This document shows, piece after piece, positions 49,642 to 62,777 of a DNA stretch of 64,000 nt. The DNA is from Octopus sinensis. Lineage: Eukaryota. Made by a program: the position numbers and the translations under genes. Position 1 is the first letter of the stretch. Every line of letters begins with the position of its first letter. Location: NCBI RefSeq assembly GCF_006345805.1, contig NC_043023.1, forward strand, positions 20,646,001-20,710,000, read 5' to 3'. The notes beneath the pieces were generated by a model. It saw nothing but the letters and a program-made list of their open reading frames with translations. It had not been told where the DNA came from and did not search any database.

Positions 49642-50100
49642 CACTGACAAATTCTTCTGCAATTCTTGAACGTATAAATTTAGCTTTTATAGATGCTATA
49701 TGTGAAATTCCGTTATATGTAAACAAAGTTTTTTTTTTTTTTTTTGGAGGTGTTGAAATATATAAGAATGGAAATATTGCATTCTCAGATGCAGAATAAT
49801 AATTCTGAAAAAAGCCCAAATAGGATACAACATCCTTATAAAATTATTATTGCGTTGTCAAAACTAAAACCATTCCGTCCCTCCATGGCATTTTTGAGGG
49901 CTTCTGTTTGTAACTTGTCATACAAGGGAGTCGATTGATATACGTCGTTCTGGGTCATCCCACATGACAATTCCCATGACATGGGATCGAAAAAGGGATT
50001 CATTTATTCACCTCTCTACTCCACCCCTGTTTTCCTTTTGCTCTTGTAAAATTCATCTACCCCCATCATGTGTTCAATCTCTTGCTTCTGTTCTGTTCAG

Positions 50101-50220
50101 GCTTGCAAACCCCTTCATGATGTCTACGGATTTGAGCAGGCTGCCAAAGAATACACACTGCAATCATTTGGAGAAATGGCAGATCAGTTCAAGTCGGATC
50201 ACTTCAATATGCCTGTTCAT
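50101..50220 (+). CDS. KDM5: KDM5 exon E8: [40 protein letters not shown]
   Basis: GTTCAG|GCT...CAT|GTAAGG. Matches KDM5[33 protein letters not shown]. Confidence 0.97.
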
Positions 50221-51212
50221 GTAAGGACCTTGCTCTTGTTAATATACATCTTCCACCCAGAAGGGCGGCGAGCTGGCAGAACCGTTAGCACGCCGGGCGA
50301 AATGCGTAGCCGTATTTCGTCTGCCGTTACGTTCCGAGTTCAAATTCCGCCGAGGTCGACTTTGCCTTTCATCCTTTCGGGGGTCGATAAATTAAGTACC
50401 AGTTACGCACTGGGGTCGATGTAATCGACTTAATATCTATGTCTGTCCTTGTTTGTCCCCTCTGTCTTTAGCCCCTTGTGGGTAATAAAGAAATAGGTAT
50501 TTCGTCGTTCTGAGTTCAAATTCCGCCGGGGTCGACTTTGCCTTTCATCCTTTCGGGGGTCAATAAATTAAGTACCAGTTACGCACTGGGGTCGATGTAA
50601 TCAACTTAATCCGCTTGTCTGTCCTTGTTTGTCCCCTCTGTGTTTGGCCCCTTGTGGGTAGTAAAGAAACAGATACATATACATCTTCCACCCATGACCC
50701 CACCCTCCTGCAACATTTGAAGGACTAAGTTATTCAAATACCTGCCAGATTCCACTTATTTCTTATTTTTATTCTCCTAAACTTTCTTTGCGTCTTGCAA
50801 ATTTTCAATAGTCTTGACTCTCATTTTGTTTGTCATTAACACAACATTTTGGCTGATACACCCTCCAGCCTTCAAGACACCTGACAAAGGACAAATATCC
50901 GTCAAATGTAAATAATGTGAGGTTGTGAGTTCATTTCTGGTGGACCGTTATGTCCTTGAGCAAGACTCTTTATTTCACATTGTTCCGGTTCACTCAGCTG
51001 GCAGAAGTAATTCAAAGGGTCAGCCTTGTCACGTTCTGTGTCACACTGAATCTCCCTGTGAACTACATTCCCAGTACACATGTCTGTGGAGTACTCAGCC
51101 ACTTGCATATTTATCTCACGAGCAGGCTGTTTCGTGGATCAGATATACTTGAACCCTAATTATAATAAGCGATGGAGTGCCAGTATTTATGTGTGTGTGT
51201 GTATATATATAT

Positions 51213-51254
<42 letters not shown>

Positions 51255-51509
51255 ACAATGTGCATTGTCAGTTTAATTAAAAAATTCTATATGTGGCTGA
51301 AGATTGCTCGACATTTTAAAACTGATGTAATACTTGCATTGTTTAATAAAATGAAGTAGCATGAAACGATTGTACTACTCTAACTTGGATATCCTTGTTG
51401 CTTACTTTGATTATAATCACTCCCATTTGATTTATATGGATAATACCATACAAAATTCTGGTGCCTTCAACTTAAGTACCATATTCATCTGAATCTAAAT
51501 TTTACTGAA

Positions 51510-51542
<33 letters not shown>

Positions 51543-51954
51543 TCATCATTTAACGTCCGTTTTCCATGCTAGCATGGGTTTGACGGTTCGACCGAAGTCT
51601 GGTAAGCCATGGAGGCTGCACCAGGCTCCAGTCTGATTTGGCAATGTTTCTATAGCTGGATGCCCTTCCTAAAGCCAACCACTCCGTGAGTGTTTTTTTA
51701 CGTGCCACCTGCACAGGAGCCAGTCAAAGTGGCGCTGGCATCGGCCATGATCGGTTGGTGCTTTTTACACGCTACCAGCACGGACGCCAGTCAGGCGACG
51801 CTAGTAACTGCCACGCTCGAACGGTGCTTTTACACACATATATATACTCTTATCTATCTATTTGTCTATTCACAAACACCATGTACACGCATACACACAC
51901 CATGTACTGTATATATTTCTTCATGACTTCTGTTTTACCCCCATTCTATTCTAG

Positions 51955-52110
51955 ATGGTCTCATTTGATCAAGTGGAAAAGGAATTTTGGCGTCTTGTGA
52001 ACACCCTTGAAGAAGAAGTGTCTGTCCAGTATGGAGCAGACATCCACGCCATGGAGAAAGGAAGTGGATTCCCCACCAAGGGCAACAAACAGACCTTTCC
52101 TGAAGACGAA
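51955..52110 (+). CDS. KDM5: KDM5 exon E9: [52 protein letters not shown]
   Basis: TTCTAG|ATG...GAA|[15 protein letters not shown]...YGADI...GSGFP is conserved. Confidence 0.97.
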
Positions 52111-52179
52111 GTCAGTTCTTTCCCCTCTTTTCTCTTCATTTCTCTCTCTGGAAGTCGGGGTGGTGTCAGTGAATTGTGT

Positions 52180-52519
52180 TTAAGTATAAAGCGGTGGTGG
52201 ATGTCATGGTGGGATCACACTGATATTTAGCATGTTTAACCCTTTAGTGTTCAGATTATTCTATCAAACATAATGCCTATTGATTCCCATTGATTTGAAT
52301 TAATCGTGCATTATCTCATATCTTCAAGATCTTGATGGTGTAATTACTTAATGTAGAATAACATTGTAGGGTAGGTGTGAGAGCCTGGATCTGGCCAGCT
52401 TGAACATAAAACAGGTAGAATACTTTTGGCCGGATATGGCCGGTTTAAATACTAAAGGGTTAAGTATAAAGCAGTGGTGGATGTCATGGTGGGATCACAC
52501 TGATATTTAGCATGTTTAA
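52180..52519 (-). mobile_element. X-MITE1-X composite (reverse complement of the 28.2-29.0 kb unit)
   Basis: TTAA-X(52184-52235)-TTAA-MITE(52240-52459)-TTAA-X(52464-52515)-TTAA. Confidence 0.92.
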
Positions 52520-52771
52520 GGTTCATTTTTTCCTATGCTGGTAAGGGTTGGATGAGACTTGTTGAGGCAGTATCCTATGGCTCCATGCCTGCCCTTCCTG
52601 CCCTCAGCCTAGTTTCCAAGTCTGGCTGCTGTGCAAAAGACTAGCAGAATGCTGTTGGTGTTTCACCCATTACAAACCACACAGACCAGAAAACCAGATG
52701 GGTTTACTGCAGTCATTAACACTAGTACTGACTCATAAGTGGGGACACTGTTTTATGATTTAGTAGCTTAA

Positions 52772-53651
52772 TCCATTTGTTACCAACCCGGCTGAAACTG
52801 GTTCTGGCTCTCTGTAGTACAAATGTCTTGTTTTCATAAGTTCTGAATTAAAATCCCTCACCAAACCTTAGTCACAATTTATGTTCCTAACACTAGCTGA
52901 ATGATGACTAAGTTATTTTACTAAATTCTTTGTTATATTTAAAATTGATTGAAAGAAACACAGAATATCTGAACAGAAATATGGTAACAAAAGGGTTAAA
53001 GACAGTCAGTCAAATGTGCCTTCAATTTGCACAAGATTTGGCTGCTATTTCTAACAAGTGTAACAAAATCTGCAAATTTACCCTTTTGATACCAACCCGG
53101 CTGAAACCACCTCTGGCTCTGTAGTACAAATGTCTTGTTTTCATAAGTTCTGAATTAAAATCTTCCACCAAACCTTAGTCACAATTTATGTCCCTAACAC
53201 TTAGCTTAAGGATAAGTTATTTTAATAAATTCTTTGTTATATTTCAAATTAATTGAAAGAAACACAGAACATCATCATCATCATCGTTTATCGTCTGTTT
53301 TCCATGCTAGCATGGGTTGGATGGTTCGACTGGGGTCTGGGAAGCCAGGAGGCTGCACCATGCTCCAGTCTGATCTGGCAGTATTTCTACAGCTGGCTGC
53401 TCTTCCTAACGCCAACCACTCCATGAGTGTAGTGGGTGCATTTTACGTGCCACCGGCACAGGGGCCAGAGGAGGTTGGCAAACGGCCACGATCGGTTGGT
53501 GCTTTTACGTGTGACTGACATGGATGCCAGTCAGGCTGTGCTGGCATCTGCCATGTTTGGATGGTGCTTTTTACGTGTCCCTGGCACTGGTATCTCAACT
53601 ACAATTTCCATTTGATTTTTATCTCAAAATAAATAAACAGTGACGAAAGGG
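52772..53651 (+). mobile_element. MITE2-spacer-MITE2 composite; second MITE interrupted by SINE C (about 53271-53620)
   Basis: Spacer 53000-53080 matches 22069-22149 with 1 mismatch; TTAA at the outer ends. Confidence 0.85.
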
Positions 53652-53780
53652 TTAAGTTTAAGCAACAACAAAAACCTCCCTTAAATTATTTTGATTGTGA
53701 ATTCATAGCAAATGACAAGAAATCCACAAGAAAACCCTTAATCCACAGCAGAGGATAATGCCGCTACCCTACTCTCTTTT

Positions 53781-54143
53781 CATCATCATCATCATCGTTT
53801 AACGTCCGTTCCCCATGCTAGCATGGGTTGGACGGTTCGACCAGGGATCTGGGAAGCCAGAAGGCTGCACCAGGCTCCAGTCTTATCTGGCAATGTTTCT
53901 ACAGCTGGATGCTCTTCCTAACGCCAACCACTCCGTGAGTGTAGTGGGTGCTTTTTACGTGCCACCTGCACTGGTGCCAGGCGAGGCTGGCATTGGCCAC
54001 GGTCGGATTGGTGCATTTTACGTGCCACCGGCACGGAAGCCAGTCGAGGCGGCACTGGCTTCAGCCACGATTCGGATGGTGCTTTTTACGTGCCACCGAC
54101 ACGGAAGCCAGTCGAGACGGCGCTGGCATCGGCCAGTGGCGCT
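53781..54143 (-). mobile_element. SINE family C
   Basis: (ATC)n at left, family C core and internal repeats. Confidence 0.9.
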
Positions 54144-54251
54144 AATTATGATTTAATAATTTTATTATTGAAAATTTTTTTTGCCCTAAAATGATATCCC
54201 AACTGTTTTTGTGGTTTATGTGTATATATTTTTTTTTTTTATATTGTTCAG

Positions 54252-54344
54252 GAATATATCAATTCTGGTTGGAATTTGAACAATTTGCCAGTCTTGGAAA
54301 AGTCCGTACTTTGCCATATAAACGCAGACATTTCTGGAATGAAG
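54252..54344 (+). CDS. KDM5: KDM5 exon E10: [31 protein letters not shown]
   Basis: GTTCAG|GAA...AAG|GTAAGG. Matches KDM5A [31 protein letters not shown]. Confidence 0.97.
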
Positions 54345-55702
54345 GTAAGGAAAAACAAGAAGTAGTAGCAGCAGCAGTAGTAGTAGTAGTGTTAGTAGTA
54401 GCGATTTCAAATTTTGCACATGGCCAGCAATAGCAGTGTTGGGGTTAGGGTTATTACATCAACCTCAGTGCTCAACTCATACGTACTTTATCGGCCCTGA
54501 AAGAATGTAAAGCAAAGTTGACCTCGGTGGAGTTTGAACTCAGAACATAAAGAGCTTCACCTTCTCCAGTTGAAGACGGTGTAGGAATGAGTTTCCAGTT
54601 TTTGGTGAACAACCTGCACAAATGTTTTGTCTATTGTGACGAAATGTGTGTGCCGCACACTAAGCTCACTCTCTCCATCAAATCGATGTTGTTACCCGTA
54701 CAGGTGCACAAGATGTGGAAATGATCACAGAGAGAGCAACATGAAACGAAGTGTTTTGCTCAAGAGCACAACACACTGCTTGTTATGGGAATCGAACCCC
54801 TTGTCTAGTGATAATGAGTGCAACACCCAAACCACTGGGCCACACAGCTTCTCTTAACAGCAGCAATAATAATAATAATGGTAATCCTTTCTGCTAGAGG
54901 CACAAGGCCTGAAATTTGTAGGGAGGGGACTGGTTGATCATATCAACCCCAGTGCGTAACTGGTGCTTAATTTATCGATCCCGAAAGGATGAAAGGCAAA
55001 GCTGACCTCGGCAGAATTTGAACTCAGAATGTCGTGACATGAAATACTTCTGAGCATTTCGCTTGGCATGCTAATGATTCTGACATCTTGCTGCCTTAAT
55101 AACAACAACAACAACAACATTAATACCTGCCCTGATTCAGTGGCAGGCAATGGCTCTTGTGACTTCTGATCTTAACTGATTGGAAGTGTTTTCATGTACA
55201 TTGTTTTGTCTTGGTATAAAAGATGGGCTACAGCAAATATTCTGCTCAATACCACAGATTTGCTTGTCAGTTGTTTGACCGTAACCAGTTGAGCATGTCC
55301 CTTGGGGGCTGACGATATGTGCATCTCTGATCACGAGCAGAAGTAGTGGGGGAGTATCATAGCCATGTGTTGAATGGAATTCTTTGGGGTTTGGATAATT
55401 CACCTTTGGAAATATGGGCATTTCGTTCAACATCTTTAAACAACACTTATTCAGGAAGTTTTTCAGTGGGATGGGCTACTCAAACTGAAGAAAATTCTAA
55501 CTGGGCCCCATCTGCAAGGTCATGCGCTGTTAATCTTGATATGAGGTCACCATGTTGTGCACATATGGTTGTGATGCATGCGCCTGGGCTACCCTTATCA
55601 GACAGGTAGTCTTGATGGGTATACTGGGTTTCGTATATTTGTACCCCAGTGTCACTTCGATAGCATGCACTGCTCTCTCAATAATAATAATATAATAATA
55701 AT

Positions 55703-56013
55703 GTAAAGTATACTAGCCATCTCAATATGACTAACCACTAATGGTGGGTGTTACTGTAGCTTTTAGCCCCAGGAGATCATCGTCTCCAGCTGACTTTAGG
55801 CACACTATCTGTGCACTTGTGGTATTTGCAAAGGGAGGTCATCCCTCTCTCGAAAACCTAAGTGACACGCACGGACTGCAGTTTGTAGGTATTTGCTTGT
55901 CTTTGGCGTACGGCAATCACCGGCTGTTGATGAAGGGAGACCTGTTTGCAAATATTTATTTATAACACCCACCCTTAGTGGTTAGCCATATTGAGATGGC
56001 TAGTATACTTTAC
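55703..56013. mobile_element. MITE-like element with 51-bp TIRs
   Basis: Arms 55703-55753 and 55963-56013 with 2 mismatches; no clear TSD. Confidence 0.8.
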
Positions 56014-56189
56014 GTCGTCGAGCAGTCACTGTTTACATCTCGTTCAATAATAATAATAATAAAAAATTGTTTGTAGGGCAGCCATAAAGATGTGTTTGAT
56101 TTGACTTAAGACTGTTTCTTGTGAATTTTTCTTAAATTGATTTCAAGAGTTTCATCTTCTGTCTCTTTCGTTCCTTTGTCTATTTTTAG

Positions 56190-56279
<90 letters not shown>

Positions 56280-56294
56280 TAAACCTCACTTCCT

Positions 56295-56330
<36 letters not shown>

Positions 56331-57439
56331 GTTTCAGATTTTGGCACAAGGCCAGAAATTTTTTAGGGGAAAGGGCAAGTCGATTACATCATCTCCAGTG
56401 CTCAACTGGAACTTGATTTATTGACCCTGAAGGGGGATGAAAGGCAGAGTCAACCCTTGGTGAGAGGGGCAAAAAGCTGCTCAGTATTTTGCCTGGTATG
56501 ATAGTGATTCTGCCAGCTCACTGCCTAGTAGTAGTAGTAGCAGCAATAATAACCATTTTACTATAGGAGCAAGGCCTGAAATTTGCAGGTAGAGGGACTA
56601 GTCCACTACATCGACCCCAGTGTTTCACTGGTACTTAATTTATCAACCCTGAAGAGATGAAAGGAGATGTCAACCTCAGCAGCGTTTGAACTCAGAAACT
56701 AAAGATAGACAAAATACTGCTAAGCGTTTCGCCCAGCATGTTAACAACTTTGCCAGCTCACTACCTTAATAATAATAATAATAATAACCCTTCCTAATAT
56801 AGCACAAGGCCTGAAATTTTTTGGGGTTGTGACTAGTCGAATACATTGACCCCAGTGTTCCACAGGTATGGGTGAAATACTGCTAAGCATTTCACCTGCC
56901 AACTTGGGGCCTTGCATAATAATAATAATAATAATAATAATCGTAATAGATGTTCAGTTAGATTGTAATGTCAGGATGTAGATAATGTGTATTGTAGAGT
57001 TTTGATCGAAGGAGAGGCGAGTGTGGTCGGAGAGAAAGTCTAGTCCCTTTTTAAAGTTCTCTCGACCAATTTTCCATAGAAACTAAAGCCACTGCTGGAA
57101 GTTTCATCTATCTGAGCAGTGCAATCAAAGATGGAAATGTGTGCATATAAGTTTCCAAGAATCTGTTTAATAAGTAGAATTAGTTTATCCAGTTGTGTTG
57201 CACTGCTTTATTTGGTGGCAATTAAAGCAATATGGTCATGGATGTTTAATGGATTGGATGTTTAATGGGTTGGATGTGGTGCTGATGAAAGGGCAACAAC
57301 TCCTGAAATCTGCATATACACACATTACTTATTTTGCTCTATCTTCGATTGTATTTTTGACATAAGCGTATTATTTGTATAAAAAACGTAACTTTCATTA
57401 TTATTATTGTTGATCCCATACCTTTGATTTTCCCTACAG

Positions 57440-57602
57440 GGGTGAACCGAAGACCTGGTACGGTGTTCCTGGTGAAGCAGCAGAATTCTTTGAAGATTCA
57501 ATGCGTAAATCAGCCCCTGAACTTTTTGAACAATCTCCAGATCTCCTACATCAGCTGACTACCATAATGAACCCTAACATTCTCATGTCTATGGGCGTAC
57601 CG
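57440..57602 (+). CDS. KDM5: KDM5 exon E12 (JmjC): [54 protein letters not shown]
   Basis: CTACAG|G...CCG|GTAAGT; includes the 2-oxoglutarate-binding K of GEPKTW. Confidence 0.97.
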
Positions 57603-58699
57603 GTAAGTAGTGCTGTGAAGGGGGTTGTCATTAGGGTGGATGGGCTGGAGGCAGGGCTGTGTGCGGTCCAGTGGTTAGGGTGTTGCACTTGCAATCACAA
57701 GATCATGGTTTCAATTTCCAGACCAACTGCGTGTTGTGTTCTTGAGCAAGGCACTTCACTTTATGTTCCTGTATTCCATTCACTGGTACGCTGTGATGGA
57801 CTGGCATTCTGTTCACAGGAACTGTTGGCCTGCCTACAAACCTAACTGACGGGTTGATGGCATTTGGAAGCCATGACAATGCAAGGAAGCACGTTGTGAC
57901 TAGTGGTCATCATCCTCCTCATTTAATGTCCTCTTTCCATGCTGGCATGGGTGGGACGGTTTCACAGAAGCCTGCACCAGGCTTCTGTGGCTGCTTTGGC
58001 AAGGTTTTTACAGCTGGATGCCCTTCCTAACACCAACCACTTTACAGTGTGGACTGAATACTTCTTGCGTGGCGCCTGTACTGACAGGGTCACCAAGTAC
58101 CTTGCAAGACAAAAAAACCCTCTTTTGAGAGGCAAGGGGTAATTGGAAGAGGGGGTTAAAAAAAAACATTTGATATGGAATATCTTCTACTATAGCTTCT
58201 GGCTGACCAAAGCCTTGTGAGTGGATTTGGGAGTCGGAAACTGAAAGAAGCGTGTCTGTGTTTGTTCCCCACCACTGCTTGACAATCAGTATTGGTTTGT
58301 TTATGTCCCTGTAACTTAGTGGTTCGGCCAAAGGGAAAGACAGAATTGAATAATTAAATACTGGGGTTGATTAAAAAATGAAAAAAATAAATGTGCCCTT
58401 TTAAAGCCTAGCCAGGCTCATGGGCCCGGTTTCCCGGTTTCTATGGTGTATGTGTTTCCCAGCTGGACGGGACTCCAGTCCATCACAGCATTACTCATTT
58501 TTGCCAGCTGAGTGGACTGGAGCAACGTGAAATGAAGTGTTTTGCTCAAGAACACAACGCGTCGCCCGGTCCAGGATTTGAAACCACAATCTTACAATCA
58601 TGGTGCTGGCACCCTAACCACTGGGCCATGTGCCTCCACCTGGGATTGATTAGTTCACCTAAAATTCCTCAAGGCTGTGGTGCCCCAGTATGGCTGTAG

Positions 58700-58954
<255 letters not shown>

Positions 58955-59132
58955 TAACTTTCTGTCCCTGCTAGGTGGATAAGGCATTTTATATTACCAG
59001 TTATGTGTGTGTCTGTGTGTCTACGGCATTTCTATAATCGTGTCCCAGTTGATCTGAGCAACGGAACAGCCTGGTTGCTCATGGAATCAACACACAAGTG
59101 GCTGAGCACCCCACAGACACACGTACCCTTAA

Positions 59133-60410
59133 CCCTTTCGTTACTAACCCGGCCGAAAAATTTTTTGGTTCATAATACCAACCCGGCCGAGAGAACCTAT
59201 TGTTATTTAAATGTAAATTTGATCCCAAATCTCGTTAGTACATTCGTTAAAACATGTGATTTCACTTTGTAAATAGTTGGGTTATAGTATCCGACATGGC
59301 TTGACGTGATATCTCAACTCAGTGAAGTTTGGGAGATTTTTTTCCACATTTTTTTTGGCATCGATTTTTCTTCAACTTTGAAAATGGATAGGAGTTTCAT
59401 GTTATCAAGCATCGATTCTGAATTTAAAGCTTTTTCAACGGAAAATAGGGAGATATCGAGAAAAAGAATGAATGAGGTACAAAAGCATGTGGTGTACAAT
59501 AATGAATGGGATATTTTTTTATCCGAAAATGAAAGCAGCGATTCCGAAGAAACAAAGCGGCGATGGTGGCAGCAAAGACGATTTTACATCGGAACGAAGT
59601 AAAAAACTTTAAAAAATGTTTTTATTAGCAATTTTTCTGAGGAGATAGATTATCTATAGTCTTTCTTAGGAAGCGAAACCATTAGACTTTATTATTTTCA
59701 GTATGCTTGTTTGGAGCGATCACTGTGGAAGCAAACTTACGCAGAGTGTAAACAAAAACCAAATGGGGGATCAAAGTTCGGAAAATTTGTGAAGCAAATA
59801 CTGGGTACTGCTGTGGATTTAGTTTTTATACAGGGAAAATAATGTTAGTCAGCATGGCCTAGGGAACGATGTGGTCTGGAATTTATCACTTCCATACCAT
59901 AACCAGGGCCGTATATTATTTTTTGACCGATTTCTTTAGTTCAGTCAAACTTGCGGTGGATTTAGATGGATTCCAGAATTTCAGTTTATTCCACTGTTAT
60001 GGTACACCTGTTGTGCATTAAATTCAACTGATAATATAGTGATGTGCACAATTCTTCTTTATCAAAATTTTGTTGCATACCCATTTGAATATTAGCTGAT
60101 GATTCATTTTCTATGGTGATGTTTAAACAAAATTTTAATATTTTTACCTTTTGCTCCATTTAAAATTTTTATATTTTTACATTTTGCTCAATTTACCTGG
60201 ATTTACCTGTAATTAAAGTCAATTTGAGACAAAAGTTACGCAATAGAATTAAGAACCCTTTCTTTAATTATGTTCCAAATATCACATTAATATGTTGATA
60301 AGTGAAAAAGTTAGTTATTTAATGAAACAAGCCTAAATTCATGATTATTTTAGAATTTAATTGAAACTCATGAGGGGTGTATTTTGGTCAGAAATATAGT
60401 AACGAAAGGG
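59133..60410 (+). mobile_element. Internally deleted piggyBac element inserted at a TTAA in a SINE D copy
   Basis: TTAA|CCCTTTCGTTACTA ... TAGTAACGAAAGGG|TTAA. Transposase remnant KWGIKVRKICEANTGYCCGFSFYTGK at about 59.77-59.84 kb. Confidence 0.88.
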
Positions 60411-61592
60411 TTAACGTAGTTCTCAGGGAGATTCAGCGTGACACAGTGTGTGACGAGGCTGGCCCTTTTTCAATGCCAGGGTCCACTCAGTTTTGCCAGT
60501 TGAGTGAACTGGAGCAGTTTGAGATTTGATTTTGGGAAGAAGGTTAAAGTCACAGCCATAGACCCACGATTCATCCCCTTTTGCCTTCCTCAACACAATC
60601 AAGGGGACCCTGGGCAGCTGGAACCCGATCCTTTTGGGGATGACCACACTCTACACACTTTACTTCCAAGCATCGCTGTAAACAATGGAAGCATGTGAAA
60701 ACATTATAACTCAGTGTGCATGCATGACAGAATTATTATTATTATTATTATTATTACTACCACTATTGCTATTATTACTACTACTACTACCACTATTGCT
60801 ATTATTATTATTATTTGCTATGCTCTGAGTGAAAAATTCAGCCGAGGTCAACTTGGCCTTTCATTCTTTCGGAGTTGATAAATTAAGTACCAGTTGCATA
60901 CTGGGGTTGATCTAATCGACTGCCCCTCCCCCTCCACCAAAATTTTGGGCCTTGTGCCTAGAGTAGAAAAGATGATTATTATTATTAAGGTGGTGAGTTG
61001 GCAGAACTGTTAGTGCGCTGGATGGAATGCTGAGCAAGTATTTCACCCATCGTTAGGTTCTGAGTTCAAATTCTGCTGCAGTCGACTTTGCCTTTCATCC
61101 TTTTCGGGTGGATAAATTACATACCAGTTAAGTACTAGGGTTGATCTAATTGACTGGCCTTGTGCCTGTAATAGAAAGGATTATTATTATTATTATTATG
61201 AAGGTAGTGAGCTGGTGGAACTTACAGCGTGCTGGACAGAATGCTTAGTGATATTTCACCCGAGTTCAAATTCTGCTGAGGTCGACTTTGCCTTTCACCC
61301 TTTCAGGGTCAATAAAATAAGTACCAGTTGAACACTGGGGTTGATGTATTCAACTTATTCCCTCCCCGTCAAATTTCTCCCCTGTGGCAAAATTTGAAAT
61401 CATCATCATCATTATTATTATTATTATTATGCGCAAGAGTGGCTGTGTGGTTAGTAGCTTGCTTACCAACCACATGGTTCCGGGTTCAGTCCCACTGCAT
61501 GGCACCTTGGGCAAGTGTCTTATACTATAGTGTCGGGCTGACCAAAGCCTTGTGAGTGGATTTGGTAGATGGAAACTGAATGAAGCCCACCG

Positions 61593-61648
<56 letters not shown>

Positions 61649-62500
61649 CATATAAAAATAAATAAATGGTACAACAAGGCACCGATATTTACTAGAAAAT
61701 AGCGAACGTAATAAATACGACGCTAATGTATAGCTTCACTGCGTATGTACTAGTAAAGATGCGTGTGTGCAACAAACATGAAAAAAATTTGTCTTACCTC
61801 TAGGAAGAATATCTGAAAGATGGAAAACCTAGAAATGGATAATGTAGTACCGGTTTCAGACTCTTCAAATACGTTTGACAACATAGATTTGATTTGTCTT
61901 CATCAGCTGCATATACCTCGACAACATTTCAAATGTTGCCACATCTCTGCCAGTACACTCGTCTGAACGCCAAAACGTTAACAGAACGATAACAGTGAAG
62001 AAGTTTCAATGAAAATAATAATGCAAATATATATATATATATATTTGTGCGTATGTGTTTGTCCCCCGACATCGCTTGACAACCGATGTTGCTTTGTTTA
62101 CGTCCCCGTCACTTAGCAGTTCGGCAAGAGATACCGATCGAATAAGTACTAGGCTTACAAAGAATAAGTCCCGGGGTCGATTTGCTTAACTAAAAGCGGT
62201 GCTCCAGCATGGCCACAGTCAATTGACTGAAACAAATAAAAGAAGAAGAAGGTGGCAAGCTGGCAGACTCATTAAGATGTTGGGCAAAATGCTTAGCAGC
62301 ATTTCTTCATCTTTATGTTCTGGGTTCAAATTCTGCCAAAGTTGGCTTTGCCATTCACCCCTTCGGGGTTGATAAAACAAGTGCTAGTTTATCACTGGGG
62401 TCCCTTCCCTTGACACTGCTGCCTTTGTGTCAAAATTTTAAACCATTATTAGTATTATTATTTTTACTAATTTGTTTACTTTTTTTGCTCTTAATTTCAG

Positions 62501-62695
62501 TTGCCAATTGGCCGTGTTTGTATCGATTACTATCGTAAACTACAGCGACAGTGTGTGTTTTCACACGAAGAGTTGATCTGTAAGATGGCCGCAGACCCAG
62601 ACAGCCTGGACTTCCACTTGGCCGCTGCCACACACAAAGACATGTTGGTGATGGTCGACGATGAGAAGAAACTTCGTAAACGGCTGTTGGATATG
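62501..62695 (+). CDS. KDM5: KDM5 exon E14: [65 protein letters not shown]
   Basis: TTTCAG|TTG...ATG|GTAAGT. Matches KDM5[34 protein letters not shown]. The gene continues beyond the window. Confidence 0.97.
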
Positions 62696-62777
62696 GTAAG
62701 TGGGGGTCGGAAGAGGAGGAAGGTGATGGTTGACAGTCCCTGGGACAAGCAACTTTGGTTGGTAATGGGTGGTAATA

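Noticed and set aside
61850-61915. Minus-strand CTGATGA...GACAA/TTGTC...AAAC hammerhead-like motif
   Set aside because: Lacks the conserved GAAA and a definable stem I/III; too degenerate to call.
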